From: Eledone cirrhosa
Lineage: Eukaryota
Reading direction: 5' to 3'
Length of the DNA stretch: 64,000 bases
Assembly (NCBI GenBank): GCA_964016885.1
Contig: OZ024742.1
Span: 207,142,001-207,206,000, forward strand
The notes under the pieces are model-generated. The model searched no databases and was not told the origin of the DNA. It saw nothing but the letters and a program-made list of their open reading frames with translations. Shown here one piece after another: positions 11,131 to 25,227 of this stretch (position 1 is the stretch's first letter; every line of letters begins with the position of its first letter). The position numbers were made by a program, and so were the translations under genes.

Positions 11131-14100
11131 ATGGTTGTATTGTTGGTGGTATTGATGGTGGTGTTGGTGGTATTGAGGGTGGAGTTGTTGGAGGTGTGGG
11201 TTGTATTGTTGGTGGTGTTGTTAGTGGTGTTGGTCGTATTAATGGTGGTGATGTTGGGGGGTGTGGGTTTTATTGTTGGTGGTGTTGGTGGTATTGATGG
11301 TGGTGTTGGTGGTATTGTTGGTGGTGTTCATGGAGGTGTTGATGGTGGTGTTGGTGATGGTGTGTTTGGTGATGGTGGTGTTGGTGGTATTGATGGTCGT
11401 GTTGGTGGTACCACCAAAACCACCATCACCACGATCAAAACCACCAACACCACCATCATTACATCCAACATCACCACCAACACGACCATCAATACCACCA
11501 ACACCACCAACACCACCAACACCAACATCAATACCACCAACACCACCATCAACACCACCAACACCACCATCAACACCACCATCAATAACACCAACACCAC
11601 CAACATCATCATCAATATCACCAACACCATCATCAATACGACCAACAATAAAACCAACACCACCAACAATACCACCAACACCACCACCAAAACCACCAAC
11701 ACCACCATCAATACAACCAACACCACCAACAATACCACCAACACCAACAACAATACCACCAACACCACCAACAATACCACCAACACCACCATCAATACCA
11801 CCAACACCACCAACAATACCACCAACACCACCAACAATACCACCAACAGCACCACCAACAATACCACCAACACCACCATCAATACAACCAACACCACCAA
11901 CACCACCAACAATACCACCAATACCACCAACACCACCACCAATACCACCAACACCACCATCAATACAACCAACACCACCAACAAAACCACCAAGACCACC
12001 AACAATACCACCAACACCACCAACACCACCAACAATACCACCAACACCACCAACAATACCACTAACACCACCAAAAATACACCAACACCACCATCAATAC
12101 AACCAACACCACTAACAGCACCATCAATACCACCACAACACCACCAACAACACCACCACCAACACCACCAACAATACCACCAACACCACCAACAATACCA
12201 CCAACACCACCACCAACACCACCAACACCACCAACAATACCACCAACACCACCATCAATACCACCAACACCACCATCAATACAACCAACACCACCAACAC
12301 CACCAACAATACCACCAACACCACCACCAACACCACCAACACCACCAACAATACCACCAACACCACCATCAATACCACCAACACCACCAACAATACCACC
12401 AACACCACCAACAATACCACCAACACCACCATCAATACCACCAACACCACCATCAATACCACCACCAACACCACCAACAATACCACCAACACCACCACCA
12501 ACACCACCACCAACACCACCATCAACACCACCATCAATACCACCAACACCACCACCAACACCACCATCAACACCACCATCAATACCACCAACACCACCAC
12601 CAACACCACCAACAATACCACCAATACCACCATCAATACCACCAACACCACCATCAATACCACCAACACCACCACCAACACGACCATCAATACCACCAAC
12701 AATATCACCAACACCACCATCAATACCACCAACACCACCAACAATACCACCAACACCACCAACAATACCACCAAAACCACCAACACGACCATCAATACCA
12801 CCAACAGTACCAACAACACCACTGACAATACCACCAACACCAGCTGGTGGTGGAGTTGGTATTGTTGATGGTGGTGGTGGTATTCATGGTGGTGTTGGTG
12901 GTATTGTTGGTCGTGTTGGTGGTATTGTTGGTGGTGTTGGTGGTACTGTTGGTGGTGTTGATGGTGGCGTTGGTGTTGGTGATGGTGGTGTTGTTGGTGG
13001 TGTTGATGGTGGTCTTGGTGGTGATGGTGGTATTGTTGGTGGTGTTGTTGTTGGTGTTGGTGGTATTGATGGTGGTTTTGGTGGTATTGATGGTGGTGTT
13101 GATGGTGGCGTTGGTGGTGTTGGTGGTATTGTCGGTGGTATTCATGGTAGTGTTGGTGTTAATGATTGTGGCGTTGATGGTGGTGTTGTTAGTGGTATTG
13201 ATGGTGGTGTTGGTGGTGGCGTTGATGGTGTTGGTGGTATTGTTGGTGTTATGGATGGTTGCGTTGGTGGTATTGATGGTGGTGTTTGGTGTTATTGATG
13301 GTGGTGTTGGTGGTATTGTCGGTGGTGTTGATGGTATTCATGGTGGTGTTGGTGGTAATAATGGTGGTGTTGATGGTGGTGTTGTTAGTAGTATTGATGG
13401 TGGTGTTGATGGTGGCGTCGATGGTGTTGGTGGTATAGTTGGTGTTATTGATGATTGTGTTGGTGGTATTGATGGTGGTGTTGATGGCGGGTTGGTGGTG
13501 TTGGTGGTATTGTTGGTGGTGTTGGTGGTATTGATGGTGGTGTTGCTGGTATTGATGGCGGTGTTGGTGGTGTTGTTGGTATTGTTGGTGGTGTTGATGG
13601 TGGTGTTGATGGAGGTGTTGGTGATGCTGGTGATGGTGTGGTTGGTGATGGTGGTGTGGGTGGTATTGTTGATGGTATTGATGTTGGTGTTGGCGGTATT
13701 GATGGTGATGTTGGTGGTGGTGTTGGTGGTGTTGGTGGTGGTGTTGGTGGTGTTGGTGGTGGTGTTGGTGGTGTTGATGGTGTTATTGATGGTGGTGTTG
13801 GTGGTGTTGGTGGTGATGTCGGTGGTGGTGGTGGTGATGTTGGTGGTATTGATGGTGCTATTGATGGTGGTGTTGGTGGTGTTGCTAGTAATGTTGATGG
13901 TGTTGGTGGTATTGATGGTGGTGTTGGTGGTATTGTTGGTGGTGTTGGTGGTTTTGGTGGTATTGATGGTGGTGTTGATGGTCGTGTTGGTGGTATTGGT
14001 GTTGGTGTTGGTGGTGTTGATGGTCGTGTTGTTGGTATTGGTGTTCGTGTTGGTGGTGTTGATGGTGGTGTTGATGGTATTGATGGTGTTGATGGTGGTG

Positions 14101-14580
14101 ATGATGGTCGTGTTGGTGGTATTGATGGTGGTATTGATGGTGGTGTTGGTGGTGTTGATGGTGGTGTTGGTGGTGTTGATGGTGTTGATGGTGGCATTGA
14201 TGGTGGTGTTGGTGGTGGTGTTGGTGGTATTGATGGTGTTATTGATGGTGGTGTTGGTGGTGTTGATGGTGGTGTTGGTGGTATTGTTGGTCGTGTTGGT
14301 GGTATTGATGGTGGTGTTGGTGGTATTGTTGGTCGTGTTGGTGGTATTGATGGTGGTGTTGGTGGTATTGGTGGTATTGGTGGTGATGTTGGTGGTGTTG
14401 GTCGTGTTGGTGGTGTTGATGGCGGTGTTGGTGGTGTTGCTGGTATTGATGCTGGTGTTGGTGATATTGATGGTTGTGTTGGTGGTGGTGTTGATGGCGG
14501 TGTTGGTTGTGTTGTTACTATCGATGGTGGCATGGATGGTGGAGTTGCTTGGTGCTGGTGCTGTTGATGATGGTGGTGGT
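11131..14580. repeat. Degenerate TGG/CCA satellite with two strand inversions
   Basis: Built from ggtggtgtt, ggtggtatt and gatggtggtgtt blocks; strand flips at GGTACC (~11410) and CAGCTG (~12843). Confidence 0.9.
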
Positions 14581-15462
14581 GGAGCTGAAAGTGGGGGATT
14601 ATTTTCTCTAAATTTTATAGCCAATTTATATATTTACCTTTTGTTTGGTTTTATTTTTCTCATTTATTTTCTGCCCCAGCCAAGAGAAGCCATGACACGC
14701 GAGTAGAGGATGGGAAGGAGAGAAATAGAGAAGGAGAAGCATGGAAGTGGTGGTTTGAAGAATGCGATGTTGTGAGGTGCCTGTGGTAGTGGCGATGATG
14801 GTCGTTTCCAGGAATTGGGTTGGGTGTTATTCAGGCGGAGGATGTAGATGTAATGTATATGGTGCAGTGGGGGCATTATAGTTGCGGTGGTGATGGTGGG
14901 GATAGCAGTGATGCTGGGGGGCTGTGGATGCGATGGGTCGGGGGGGGGGGGGTTAATGGGGCATGAGGGTTGTGGTGGGGATTTTATGATATGGGTGACG
15001 GCGGTGATCGTTGGATGGGAATAGGGGTGATATTTATATTGATGGAGATGGTGTTGGTGATGGTTATGATAGTCGTTTTTAGGAATTGGGATGAAATAGG
15101 TAGTGCTGGTTGTTGGTGATAGTGATAATGATGGCGGTTGTATGTGTGATGGAGGTGATGTGGAGGATGATATGCATGATGGTTGCGGTGACTGACGGTC
15201 CTGGAAAGGACAGGACAGATCTTTCTACTCACTGCATCAATTCCCACACCACTCTCTACATTAGCCTCGTCACTCACCATCCAACACCCTTCCGACTTTA
15301 TCCCACCCCATCCCACATGCTGCGTGGTACCATTCCCTCCGCTACCTCATTACCCTTGTCACTGTTTTGGTGAGTCATTGAAACGGTGAAAGGTTGCTTT
15401 TATTGTTTTACCATATTTTCTTTGTTTTATACTTCATTTATGTATTTTTGAAAATAATACAT

Positions 15463-16205
<743 letters not shown>

Positions 16206-16744
16206 ATCAAACATTTCGCGTGTGGTTAAATACGGTCAAAGTATATGCGTATGTGTGTATACCTGCGTGTGCTTCAGTCTATATTTGTGTCTGTATTCAG
16301 TGTGGTGTGAGCTACAGAGAAGCGAATAAAATGAATAAAGGCGAGAGAGAAATGGGGGGAGAGCGATGGATGAGAGAGGGAGGAAGAGAGAGTGAGTACG
16401 TCAGAAGACATAGACAAAAAGAGTAAGAGACCGAAGAAGAGTATGCAAAATAAAGAACAAGAAACAAGCAAAAAAACAACAAAAAAACAACCAAAAACAA
16501 AACAAACAAAAAAATAACAATAAAAAACTGGGAGAAGAGAATAAAGAGGAAAAGGAAGTATTTATGAAAGAGGAGTTTTGTCATTCCCAAAGATTCCACT
16601 ACTAAAAATCCACCCTTTCCTTCTGAAACCAGCCTTTACAGACTTTCTTTTCTTTCCTTGTTATAAAAATTCAGAAGATGGCGGCGGTTAACGATTTAGC
16701 CCTCTACCCTAAAACCCACCACCAGTATATCCTCATAATAGTAA

Positions 16745-16930
16745 TAATTGTTTCTACTTTTGGCACAAAGCCAGCAATTAACCAGTGCATTACTGGTACT
16801 TTATTTTATCGACCCCGTAAGGATGAAAGGCAAAGTTAACCTCGGTGGTATTTGACCTCAGAATGGCAAGGGCCGTAACTCTCTGTGTCAAAGAATGGTG
16901 TCCGGCCCTCTACCGATACTGCCAATCCAT
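16745..16930 (-). mobile_element. tRNA-derived SINE, internally shortened variant
   Basis: ttttatcgaccccgtaaggatgaaaggcaaagttaacctcgg core shared with the copies at 20510 and 30190-30670. Confidence 0.75.
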
Positions 16931-17646
16931 AATACTAATAATAATTCTTTATTTATGTATTTATTCTTATTTATTTATTTTAATAATAATAATAATAATC
17001 GTATCCAACAATGACGATCTCCCACCCCCACTCGCCACCACCAAAGCAACACCTTCAAATACCCACACATCTGTTGTCCACGATCACACCCCAGTCAAGA
17101 ATGTTTGCACGCTCCATCTCTCTACTCCATCAATAAATATTCCCCACCTCAATCTCTCACACTCCTTATCGCAATATACTTCACCTTAAGTCCCTAAATA
17201 TGTGTTATTGTTTTTAGTGTTCGTGATGGTGGTGTAGATGTGGGTGTTGATGGTGGTGGTAGTGGAAACGGTTTTTCGGGAGTTCGGGAGTGGGGAAGGG
17301 TAGGCTACAAATCTTCCATCAGTTCTAACCCCATACAAAATACTCCACACACACACATACACACGCACGCACGCCCCCCCCTCCACACACACACACAGGC
17401 ATGCAGTTTGTGTCATTACATAGATTGGAGATGGACGGTAAAATACTTAAGTGTGCCACGTTTTTCAAATAACTCAGCTCATTATTAGCATGCAACTAAT
17501 AGCATGACAAATGTTCACCAAAGAAAATAAAAACGCTATAAAAAATTGTGCAATATTAGAAAGCCATTCTAAAGTTACAGTTGGTATTGTGGTCATCGAT
17601 GTTATGTTCTACACACATACACACATATGTGTGTATATATATACGT

Positions 17647-17749
<103 letters not shown>

Positions 17750-17959
17750 CGGTTTTATGCATACATCATGTTATGCGCATATCTTGGAAATGCGCATAAC
17801 AGAATTATATAATAAACAGAGGAGGTATACATAAAACCATCTATTTTCTTTATAATATTAACATTCTGTCTGATACCTTACACATAATCCTTAAGTGACA
17901 TACGTCGTGGAGTGCTTTCGTCCGTTTACATTACAATCGGTCGATTAACGTTCCTTTAC

Positions 17960-18006
<47 letters not shown>

Positions 18007-18022
18007 TTAAAAGAGTTCCATG

Positions 18023-18093
18023 TATTTTATTATGCGCATTTCAAAAACAAATATCATCATGCAATAATATTTGTGTTTTCATCAGATAAAACA
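18023..18093 (-). ncRNA. Type I hammerhead ribozyme, intact core
   Basis: Minus strand reads tgttttat-CTGATGA-stem II-GAAA-tgcgca-TA-ataaaata; palindromic stem III typical of PLE hammerheads. Confidence 0.85.
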
Positions 18094-18211
18094 GGAAGAC
18101 ATGATATGAAGATTAAAAAACACTTGTGGATAGTTCAGTTTTAAATCAACATATCTTGATTTAAAACTGAACTATCCACAAGTGTTTTTTAATCTTCATA
18201 TCATGTCTTCC

Positions 18212-18282
18212 TGTTTTATCTGATGAAAACACAAATATTATTGCATGATGATATTTGTTTTTGAAATGCGCATAATAAACTA
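18212..18282 (+). ncRNA. Type I hammerhead ribozyme, intact core
   Basis: CTGATGA 18220-18226, GAAA 18263-18266, TGCGCA, predicted cleavage after 18274. Confidence 0.85.
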
Positions 18283-18408
18283 CATGGAACTCTTTTAACC
18301 ATCTTTTGTTCTTATATATTATGTATACTCCAGTCCTACAAACTGTAGAGTGCTTCTTATCCGATATCTGCATTGCTTTATTGTACTACAATAAAACTCA
18401 CCTCCTAC

Positions 18409-18498
<90 letters not shown>

Positions 18499-18647
18499 AG
18501 GCAGTCATGAAGCACTGAATGAATGACGAATTAATACATTTCTACTCAGAACGAACACAAAAAGTTAAGGAATAAATCGACCAGGAGCCACAGTAATATA
18601 ACAACATCGATATATACAAACTGGTCATATATATATATATATATATA

Positions 18648-18890
18648 TGCAGCCATCTCCAATTGATCCCAAGTGAGACCAGCGAAGTCCTTGGATGTTA
18701 TCCAACCATCTTGCTCGGGTTCTACCCCTGGGTCTCCTGTCGGTTGGTTTTTACCCGTATATCTGTCCTGCGACCCATTCTCTATTAGAACACCTTTGCC
18801 GAGAACGTTTGATATTTTTGCAATAAATTTATGACCATGATCAGGCAACACGATAGAAACATCAGCGATATTTCTCTCAAATAGCTCACT
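18648..18890 (-). mobile_element. 3' fragment of an RTE-like LINE
   Basis: Minus strand translates to GRPRGRTRARWLDNI, resembling the RTE C-terminal motif; abuts (TA)n. Confidence 0.5.
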
Positions 18891-19189
18891 ACTGTGTGGA
18901 AAAGAAAGAGGAGATATTGAATAACATATACCCAGATATCTTTAAAAAGTCAGAATGTTCATGTCTGGAATGCATTTGATCATATGTTTGTTTTATCAAA
19001 GTAGGTCTGATGATAAAGAACAACAACATAGATACATATATATCTGAATATATACATGCATACATATGTATGAATGTATAGGAATATATACACACTTATA
19101 TACATATATATGAAAGATTGTTTTCGCAGTTGCCTGACTTGCTATAATTAGCAAGAAAATCTTTTGATTTGCATATACACACTTACACG

Positions 19190-19313
<124 letters not shown>

Positions 19314-19559
19314 GCATGTGTACGTACATCCATCCACCCCTTCATCAGTCCATCGATCCATCCAGCCTGTCATACATAATATTTAGTGTCTGAACATTCT
19401 CACGGAGGAGGAATACTGTGCTGAAATGACCATTTAACCATACACTATCCATACCGAAAATCTCACTAAAGGTGAATAATGGGGAAACACAAAGAAAGGA
19501 CTTAATATTTGGATACTAGTATAAGATGTAGATGTTCTCCAGAACGCATATATATATAT

Positions 19560-20500
19560 GATAGAAATATGGTAAGCTGAAGTTAGCATACAAAATTGGC
19601 TTACCATAGAATATAGTAATCTTGCAGTCAGGAAGGAAAGCACAAACTTGGCAGATAGCTGTAAGCCTATTGCTAACATAAGTATTACGTATAAATTGTA
19701 TTCAAGCTGTTTAAACCAATTCCTGGAAGAAATTTACGAGTTTAACAATGTAGTGACTGGTCAATAGATGAAAATAAGCTGTATGAACAACTTCTAATTA
19801 GTAAAGCCGTGTTATCTGAAGTAAAAAACAACAAAAAAAAAACAACAAAAAAACACAGAAATATTGTTTCAGTATGGTTTGATTACAGAAAGGTATTTGA
19901 TGTGATTCCTCCGCTCAGTCTTGCTGTATCATTGCATTTGGCAAACATATCTACTGCCCTAATTGCTGTCATTGAAAAACTTACAAAGATCTGGTCAGCT
20001 AACGTCATCATTGCAAATAGAAGTACAACAATTGTTCTGACTCTAAATCTTTAAAAACGAATAGTCTAAGATATACACTGGAAATATGAACAAGATAATA
20101 GCCCCCAATAAAATGTTCAGTACCAGTGTTCGTACCAACATTTGAGATACTTGCGTAAACTATAGTGGAAATCCACTCTAGGGATTTAAATGCCACACAA
20201 TTTTAACATCGTGTAATCTTCAGAGGTCCAATGATATCGATAGGCTCTATCTTTGAGAATGATTGTGAGAAAAAAGGCTTAAAACATCAATTTAGACAGC
20301 TTTCATGTATCATACAAAACTGAAGTACATACCAATACACCTATCAAGTAATGAAAAGTGGCAAAAGAGAACAAATTCACACGATTTGGAGTAAACTTGA
20401 AGTAAACCTGTCAGCTAATCGAGGATCAAAATGACCCAGTATATCAACATATTATGTCTGGTTATGTTTATCGAAATCTTTAAAATGATCCCAATATTGA
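19560..20500 (+). mobile_element. Heavily decayed R4/Dong-like RT fragment
   Basis: NWLT..CKPIANISITYKLYSSCL, VWFDYRKVFDVIP and DIDRLY remnants. Confidence 0.65.
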
Positions 20501-20509
20501 CAAGTGTTA

Positions 20510-20730
20510 GGTGGTGGATTGGCAGTATCGGTAGAGCGTCGGACAAAAGCTTTGTGGCATTGAGTTTCGGCCCTTTCCGATCTGAGCTCAAATCCTACCG
20601 AGGCTAGCTTCGCCTTTTATCCTTACGGGGTCGATAAAATAAAGTATTAATAATGCACTGGAGTCGGTTAGTCGACTCTATCCTTATCCAAAATTGTTGG
20701 CCTTGTGCCTAAATTAGAAACCAATATTAA
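20510..20730 (+). mobile_element. tRNA-derived SINE, near full length
   Basis: A-box-like TGGCAGTATCGG, B-box-like GAGCTCAAATCC, central gccttttatccttacggggtcgataaaat, 3' ggccttgtgcctaaattagaaac. Confidence 0.8.
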
Positions 20731-21029
20731 CAAGTGTAGCCGTACCAATTTAGGATCACGTCATATTACGCTAAGCAGTGAGACAAACTTTTAACACAAA
20801 ACACAATTAGTCGATTTTTTTTTTACTATTAGACTAATCGTATAACATTCAAAATTCTACCTATAATCTAAATCTCCGGTTTTTAACATTTTCTAATCTG
20901 ATACTGTGTCTTCGGAGGAGTGTGAGAGATGGGGTTTGTCCAGAGTCGTTTCAGGCCAGCTGACGCCTTAGCGCATATCTAACAATGGTACATCTCGAGC
21001 CTTCTATTGTTTAACTGATAAGGAACTGA

Positions 21030-21195
21030 TTTCTAATTTAGGCACAGGGCCAGCAAATATGAGGGTAGGACAAAGCTGATTAAATAAACTCCGGTGCTTG
21101 ACTGATTCGTTATTTGACGGACTCCGGAGGGATGAAAGCAAAGTTGACATCGTCAGGATTTAAACTCGGAATGTAAAGAGCCACCAATTCTGCTA
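21030..21195 (-). mobile_element. Decayed copy of the same SINE
   Basis: tttctaatttaggcacagggccagc...ggatgaaagcaaagttgac...ggatttaaactc. Confidence 0.65.
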
Positions 21196-21477
21196 GAAGA
21201 GTGGCGGATTGTCTGTTACGACACAAGTCCTATAAAAGAAAATAATAGATTAAAAATCCAGTTTCCTTTGTGGCCAGATCAGAGCCCATAACTATATTAT
21301 AAAATATTAAAAGTTTTTTCGACACGCTGAAGAGTGTATGAGTATATTATTATTAAGGCGTAAACACAGACAGACTTAACAAATACACACTTACAGACAT
21401 ACATATTAGACGCTGTGAATGTTAGACGCTGTTTTCTCTAGTTTGTTATCGCTCCTTCATTCCTCAGTCATCAATAT

Positions 21478-21635
21478 CGCGTGACGTCATCATCCTTTCT
21501 TTCCTCAATCATCTCTAGTGTGTGACGTCATCACCCCTTCCTTTATCAGGCATCATTAGTGTGGACGTCATCACTCTTTCCTCAATCATTCCTACTGCGT
21601 GACGTCTTCCGTCATCTCTAGTGTATGACGTAAGG
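21478..21635. repeat. Five ~40-bp tandem units, each with a TGACGTCA-like core
   Basis: TGACGTCA at 21482 and 21523; GGACGTCA at 21563; TGACGTCT at 21600; TGACGTAA at 21626. Confidence 0.75.
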
Positions 21636-22147
21636 ACGGACGAATGGAAGTCGCTCAAATTTATATACAGATTTCTTTACTTACAACACGGGCAACAGGA
21701 ACATATGCAAATCTTCAACACTATTTTATACACTTTTCATAATCTCTTGTAATTTATCATTTACACCATGATAAATCCCTTACTGGAAAATTTTAGTTAC
21801 CCCTTTCACTTGGTGTCTTCTGCATGTGCTTATATTGTTTAATGGTTAATCCGGGCATGGCTATGTTCCTACTTTGTTCGAGCTCGACGACAAATTAAAA
21901 AAATACTATGACGTAGACGTATATTTGTAGTTAACAGTGATGTGTAGCACCAAGAGACAGAACTGCCAACATTGTTTAAGAAAACAAATTGATACAAATT
22001 AAACCTTAACCAATTCCATGTATACATTTCTGTATTGAATTACTTTGGACATTTACTCTTAGATTTTTCTTATTACAAGAATTTGGAGAGAGACGAACAT
22101 TAAAAATAAAATTCCTCGAAAGTAGATTGATGCAGCTTCATAGTAAC

Positions 22148-22255
<108 letters not shown>

Positions 22256-22714
22256 GTATGCACAAGCCTAAACATTAGAATGTCACATATAAACATACAT
22301 ACAAACATACATACCTACATTCCATACATACATAAAGATGCGATTATGTTCACAGGAAAAGTATATACTCATATGTATGAATACACATACATACGCAAAC
22401 GCTATGCATGTGCGCACTTCCCTATTTATATACATACATTCACGAATACAACTAAATGCACACACAGGCTCTCATACATCCGAACTGATACACACATGTA
22501 TGACTATATACATGGATAGATATACGTTTTTTCTACTGTTTGGTCAGGAGAGGAAGGGAAGTAAGAATAACCCCTTTCCACCGGTGGGAGTGGACTTTGT
22601 TAAAGGCACCAGAGCCAGACGATAATGTTCAGAACGTAAAGAGCGGCAATAAATATCGCAAACATTTCGTCTAATGCTTTATCAATACCGCCAGTCTAGT
22701 GCCTTGCACTAAAG

Positions 22715-22860
22715 CAGTCATGGGCAAACTGCGGCCTGTTTGGCTTTCTGAATGGTACAGCTAATTTCAAAATTCCCTTCAATATTGTATTATTGTCGCC
22801 CGCCTTATGATGAGTCATATCCTATACGGCCCACTGCCCGAGAAAGGTTGCCCATTCCTG
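22715..22860. mobile_element. hAT (Charlie-like) MITE, 146 bp
   Basis: TIRs cagtcatgggcaaact and aggttgcccattcctg; 8-bp TSD cactaaag/gactaaag (7/8). Confidence 0.8.
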
Positions 22861-23099
22861 GACTAAAGGATGAAAGACAAATTTGATGTCAGTGGGATTT
22901 GAACACCAAGCGCAGAGAGCTAAAATATAATACTGTAAAGTATTATTTTGTCTTGCGCTCTAATGATTTTGCATTGAATCAATGCTGAGGATAATGTTGA
23001 TGATGATGATGATGATGATGATAGTCACAACTGGAAAAACTGCTTGATTAGATAATGACCTGACACTAAAATACAACAACAACAACAACAACAACAACA

Positions 23100-23131
<32 letters not shown>

Positions 23132-25227
23132 CTCCTGTACAACAACAAATCAGTTGCTAGTTACCTGGAAGGATTTCATTAATTTTGTTATGGAGTCTGT
23201 GATTACTTACTTCCGGTTTCTGTAGTGTTATGAAAATGAGAGACGGAGACAGACCTCCTCTCTCTTCTTTCTTTCTTTCACTCTTTTATCAACTTTCTCT
23301 CATTTATACTTTCATTCACACTGATTTTCAACGACTCTTGCACTCCCCCTTTCACCCGCCGTCTTTCTCATTTACACATATTCACTCCCTCTCACTTATA
23401 CTCACTCTTTTTCTGATTCACACTCTCTTACCCACTCACACTTACCCTTCCTCTTACTAACACTATCTTCCTCTCAACCTACTCACACTTTCTATGCCTG
23501 ACCAACTCTCTCTATCTCTCTCTCCCCTCTCTATCTCTCTATCTCTCTTTCTCTCTCTCTCTCTATCTCACCCACTAACTCAGACACTTCTCCCCTCCCC
23601 ACTGTCGCACTACCTCTCATCCCCTCACTTCAAATTTTCCCCCTCTTTCTATCTCTCTCAGCCCCCTCTACACTCTTTCTATCATTCATCTTCTCTCACG
23701 CTTTCTTTTTCTCTTACTCACTCACACACTATTTCTGCCACTCAGTCACACGCTACCCCTTTTTTCTCCCCTACCTTTTCACTTCTTTTCAGATGAAGCC
23801 TTGTTACATATTTTTGATTGTTTTAAGCGGAGGGTATGTCGTTCAAGCTTTTCTTAATATAAAAAAGAAAGGAAAGGAACCGTGAGATCGGACCAAAAGA
23901 AACAATGTTTCTTTCGGTATTTCTATTTCAGATACTACCTGCCGGTCACAACTCCTGGAACAAAAAGATGAGATTTAAACTCATACCCAGATCAAGTACG
24001 GCAAAGCATCATATCAATCTCTTTAATCAGTCTCCTATCCATCATCCATGCACTAGTACTCTTTTCTATCGAACTCGAAAGGAACATTTGAGCTGAGAGT
24101 GCAGTGAGCCGAAAAACCTTGTGCCCCAACGACTCTGCTAATCCACTGAATATTAAGCACGTTCAAATACTGCTTTCAAACGAGTCATGTTCCGCATGAC
24201 CTTTTATCCATTAGTCGGACATTATGATGTGTCAACCGTCCACGAAGAACCATCGATATTAAAACTTGAAAGGACACTTTAGTTGATATTTATATCGCCA
24301 CCTCGGAGTTCGTACAGGAAACGTTCCCTCCTGCAATTATTCCCGCATAAATAAGTTTCTTTGGCAGTAAGGGAACAGAAAACGAGAAATCATGGATCCA
24401 GCTGCGCTGTCATTTCCATGTCCTGGGTGTCAGCGGAGCTTCTACTGAACGCGTCCCTTCTTCTAATTCTTCGTACATATATGTATCTCTGGTAGTTAAA
24501 CAACGAAAATCCTTGGAATCACGTGCACCACAGTTTGCATTTAACCAAATAGAAAGTTCTATATGCCCAAAACAGGCTTACACAGCCTTATACATAGTTC
24601 ATTTCAATGGAATCAAATCATCGAACCGAGAGATGCATGCTAATATTGATGAAATACTGCTTCAAAATTCGAATTCACAAGAATCAAGTAAAAATTAGAG
24701 TTAAAAAACTTACCAATTCAGCCATTTCGTTTGTTAGGTATAATAAGTAAATAAACAAATCATTAAAAGTTTGGAGATGTCATGGCCATTGTTTATTCTG
24801 GTTTTGTGTATATTGAGGGTGAAAGTCTTTGAAGGATAATAAATTGTCACTAATTAGTCCTGAGACGGTAAAAAAAGCTACAACATTTTTGCCATAGATT
24901 AAAGAAATACGTACATAATTTTAAAAAAATGAATAAAATAATAAAATAAACAGAAAGGAAACAGAACTTTAAAATATTTTAGGGAACAACATTATAAAAA
25001 AATATATAAATAAAAAGGGAATGTCTTGTTTAGAGTTGGGGTTAAGTTTTGTAGTACGTTGAGAACTTCATCTTCCCTCCACTAAAGGAGCCAGCATGTC
25101 ATACCACAGACACCCAACAGTATTTATATTGAAATCTATCTTATGTGTTGACAGGAACTTAATATCAGCGCTGGAATAATAACAATGACGACGATGATGA
25201 TAATAATAATAATAATAATAATAATAA

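Larger units (their letters stand above)
18003..18302. repeat. Near-perfect palindrome (147-bp arms, 6-nt centre) of PLE terminal sequence
   Basis: Arms 18003-18149 and 18156-18302 are reverse complements with one mismatch seen; homologous to 2750-2850; (TA)n on both sides. Confidence 0.92.

Noticed and set aside
10972-14706. Long ORFs (up to 619 aa) rich in V/L, T/N, P, H/Q or G
   Set aside because: Open in several frames on both strands because the TGG/CCA satellite lacks stops; no domain or splice evidence.
20510-20600. tRNA gene
   Set aside because: A and B boxes belong to a SINE head; no cloverleaf.
21325-21420. Possible hammerhead starting CTGAAGA
   Set aside because: No GAAA or closing stems found.
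21478-21635. CRISPR-like repeat spacing
   Set aside because: The intervening sequences are related to each other, the context is eukaryotic and there are no cas genes.
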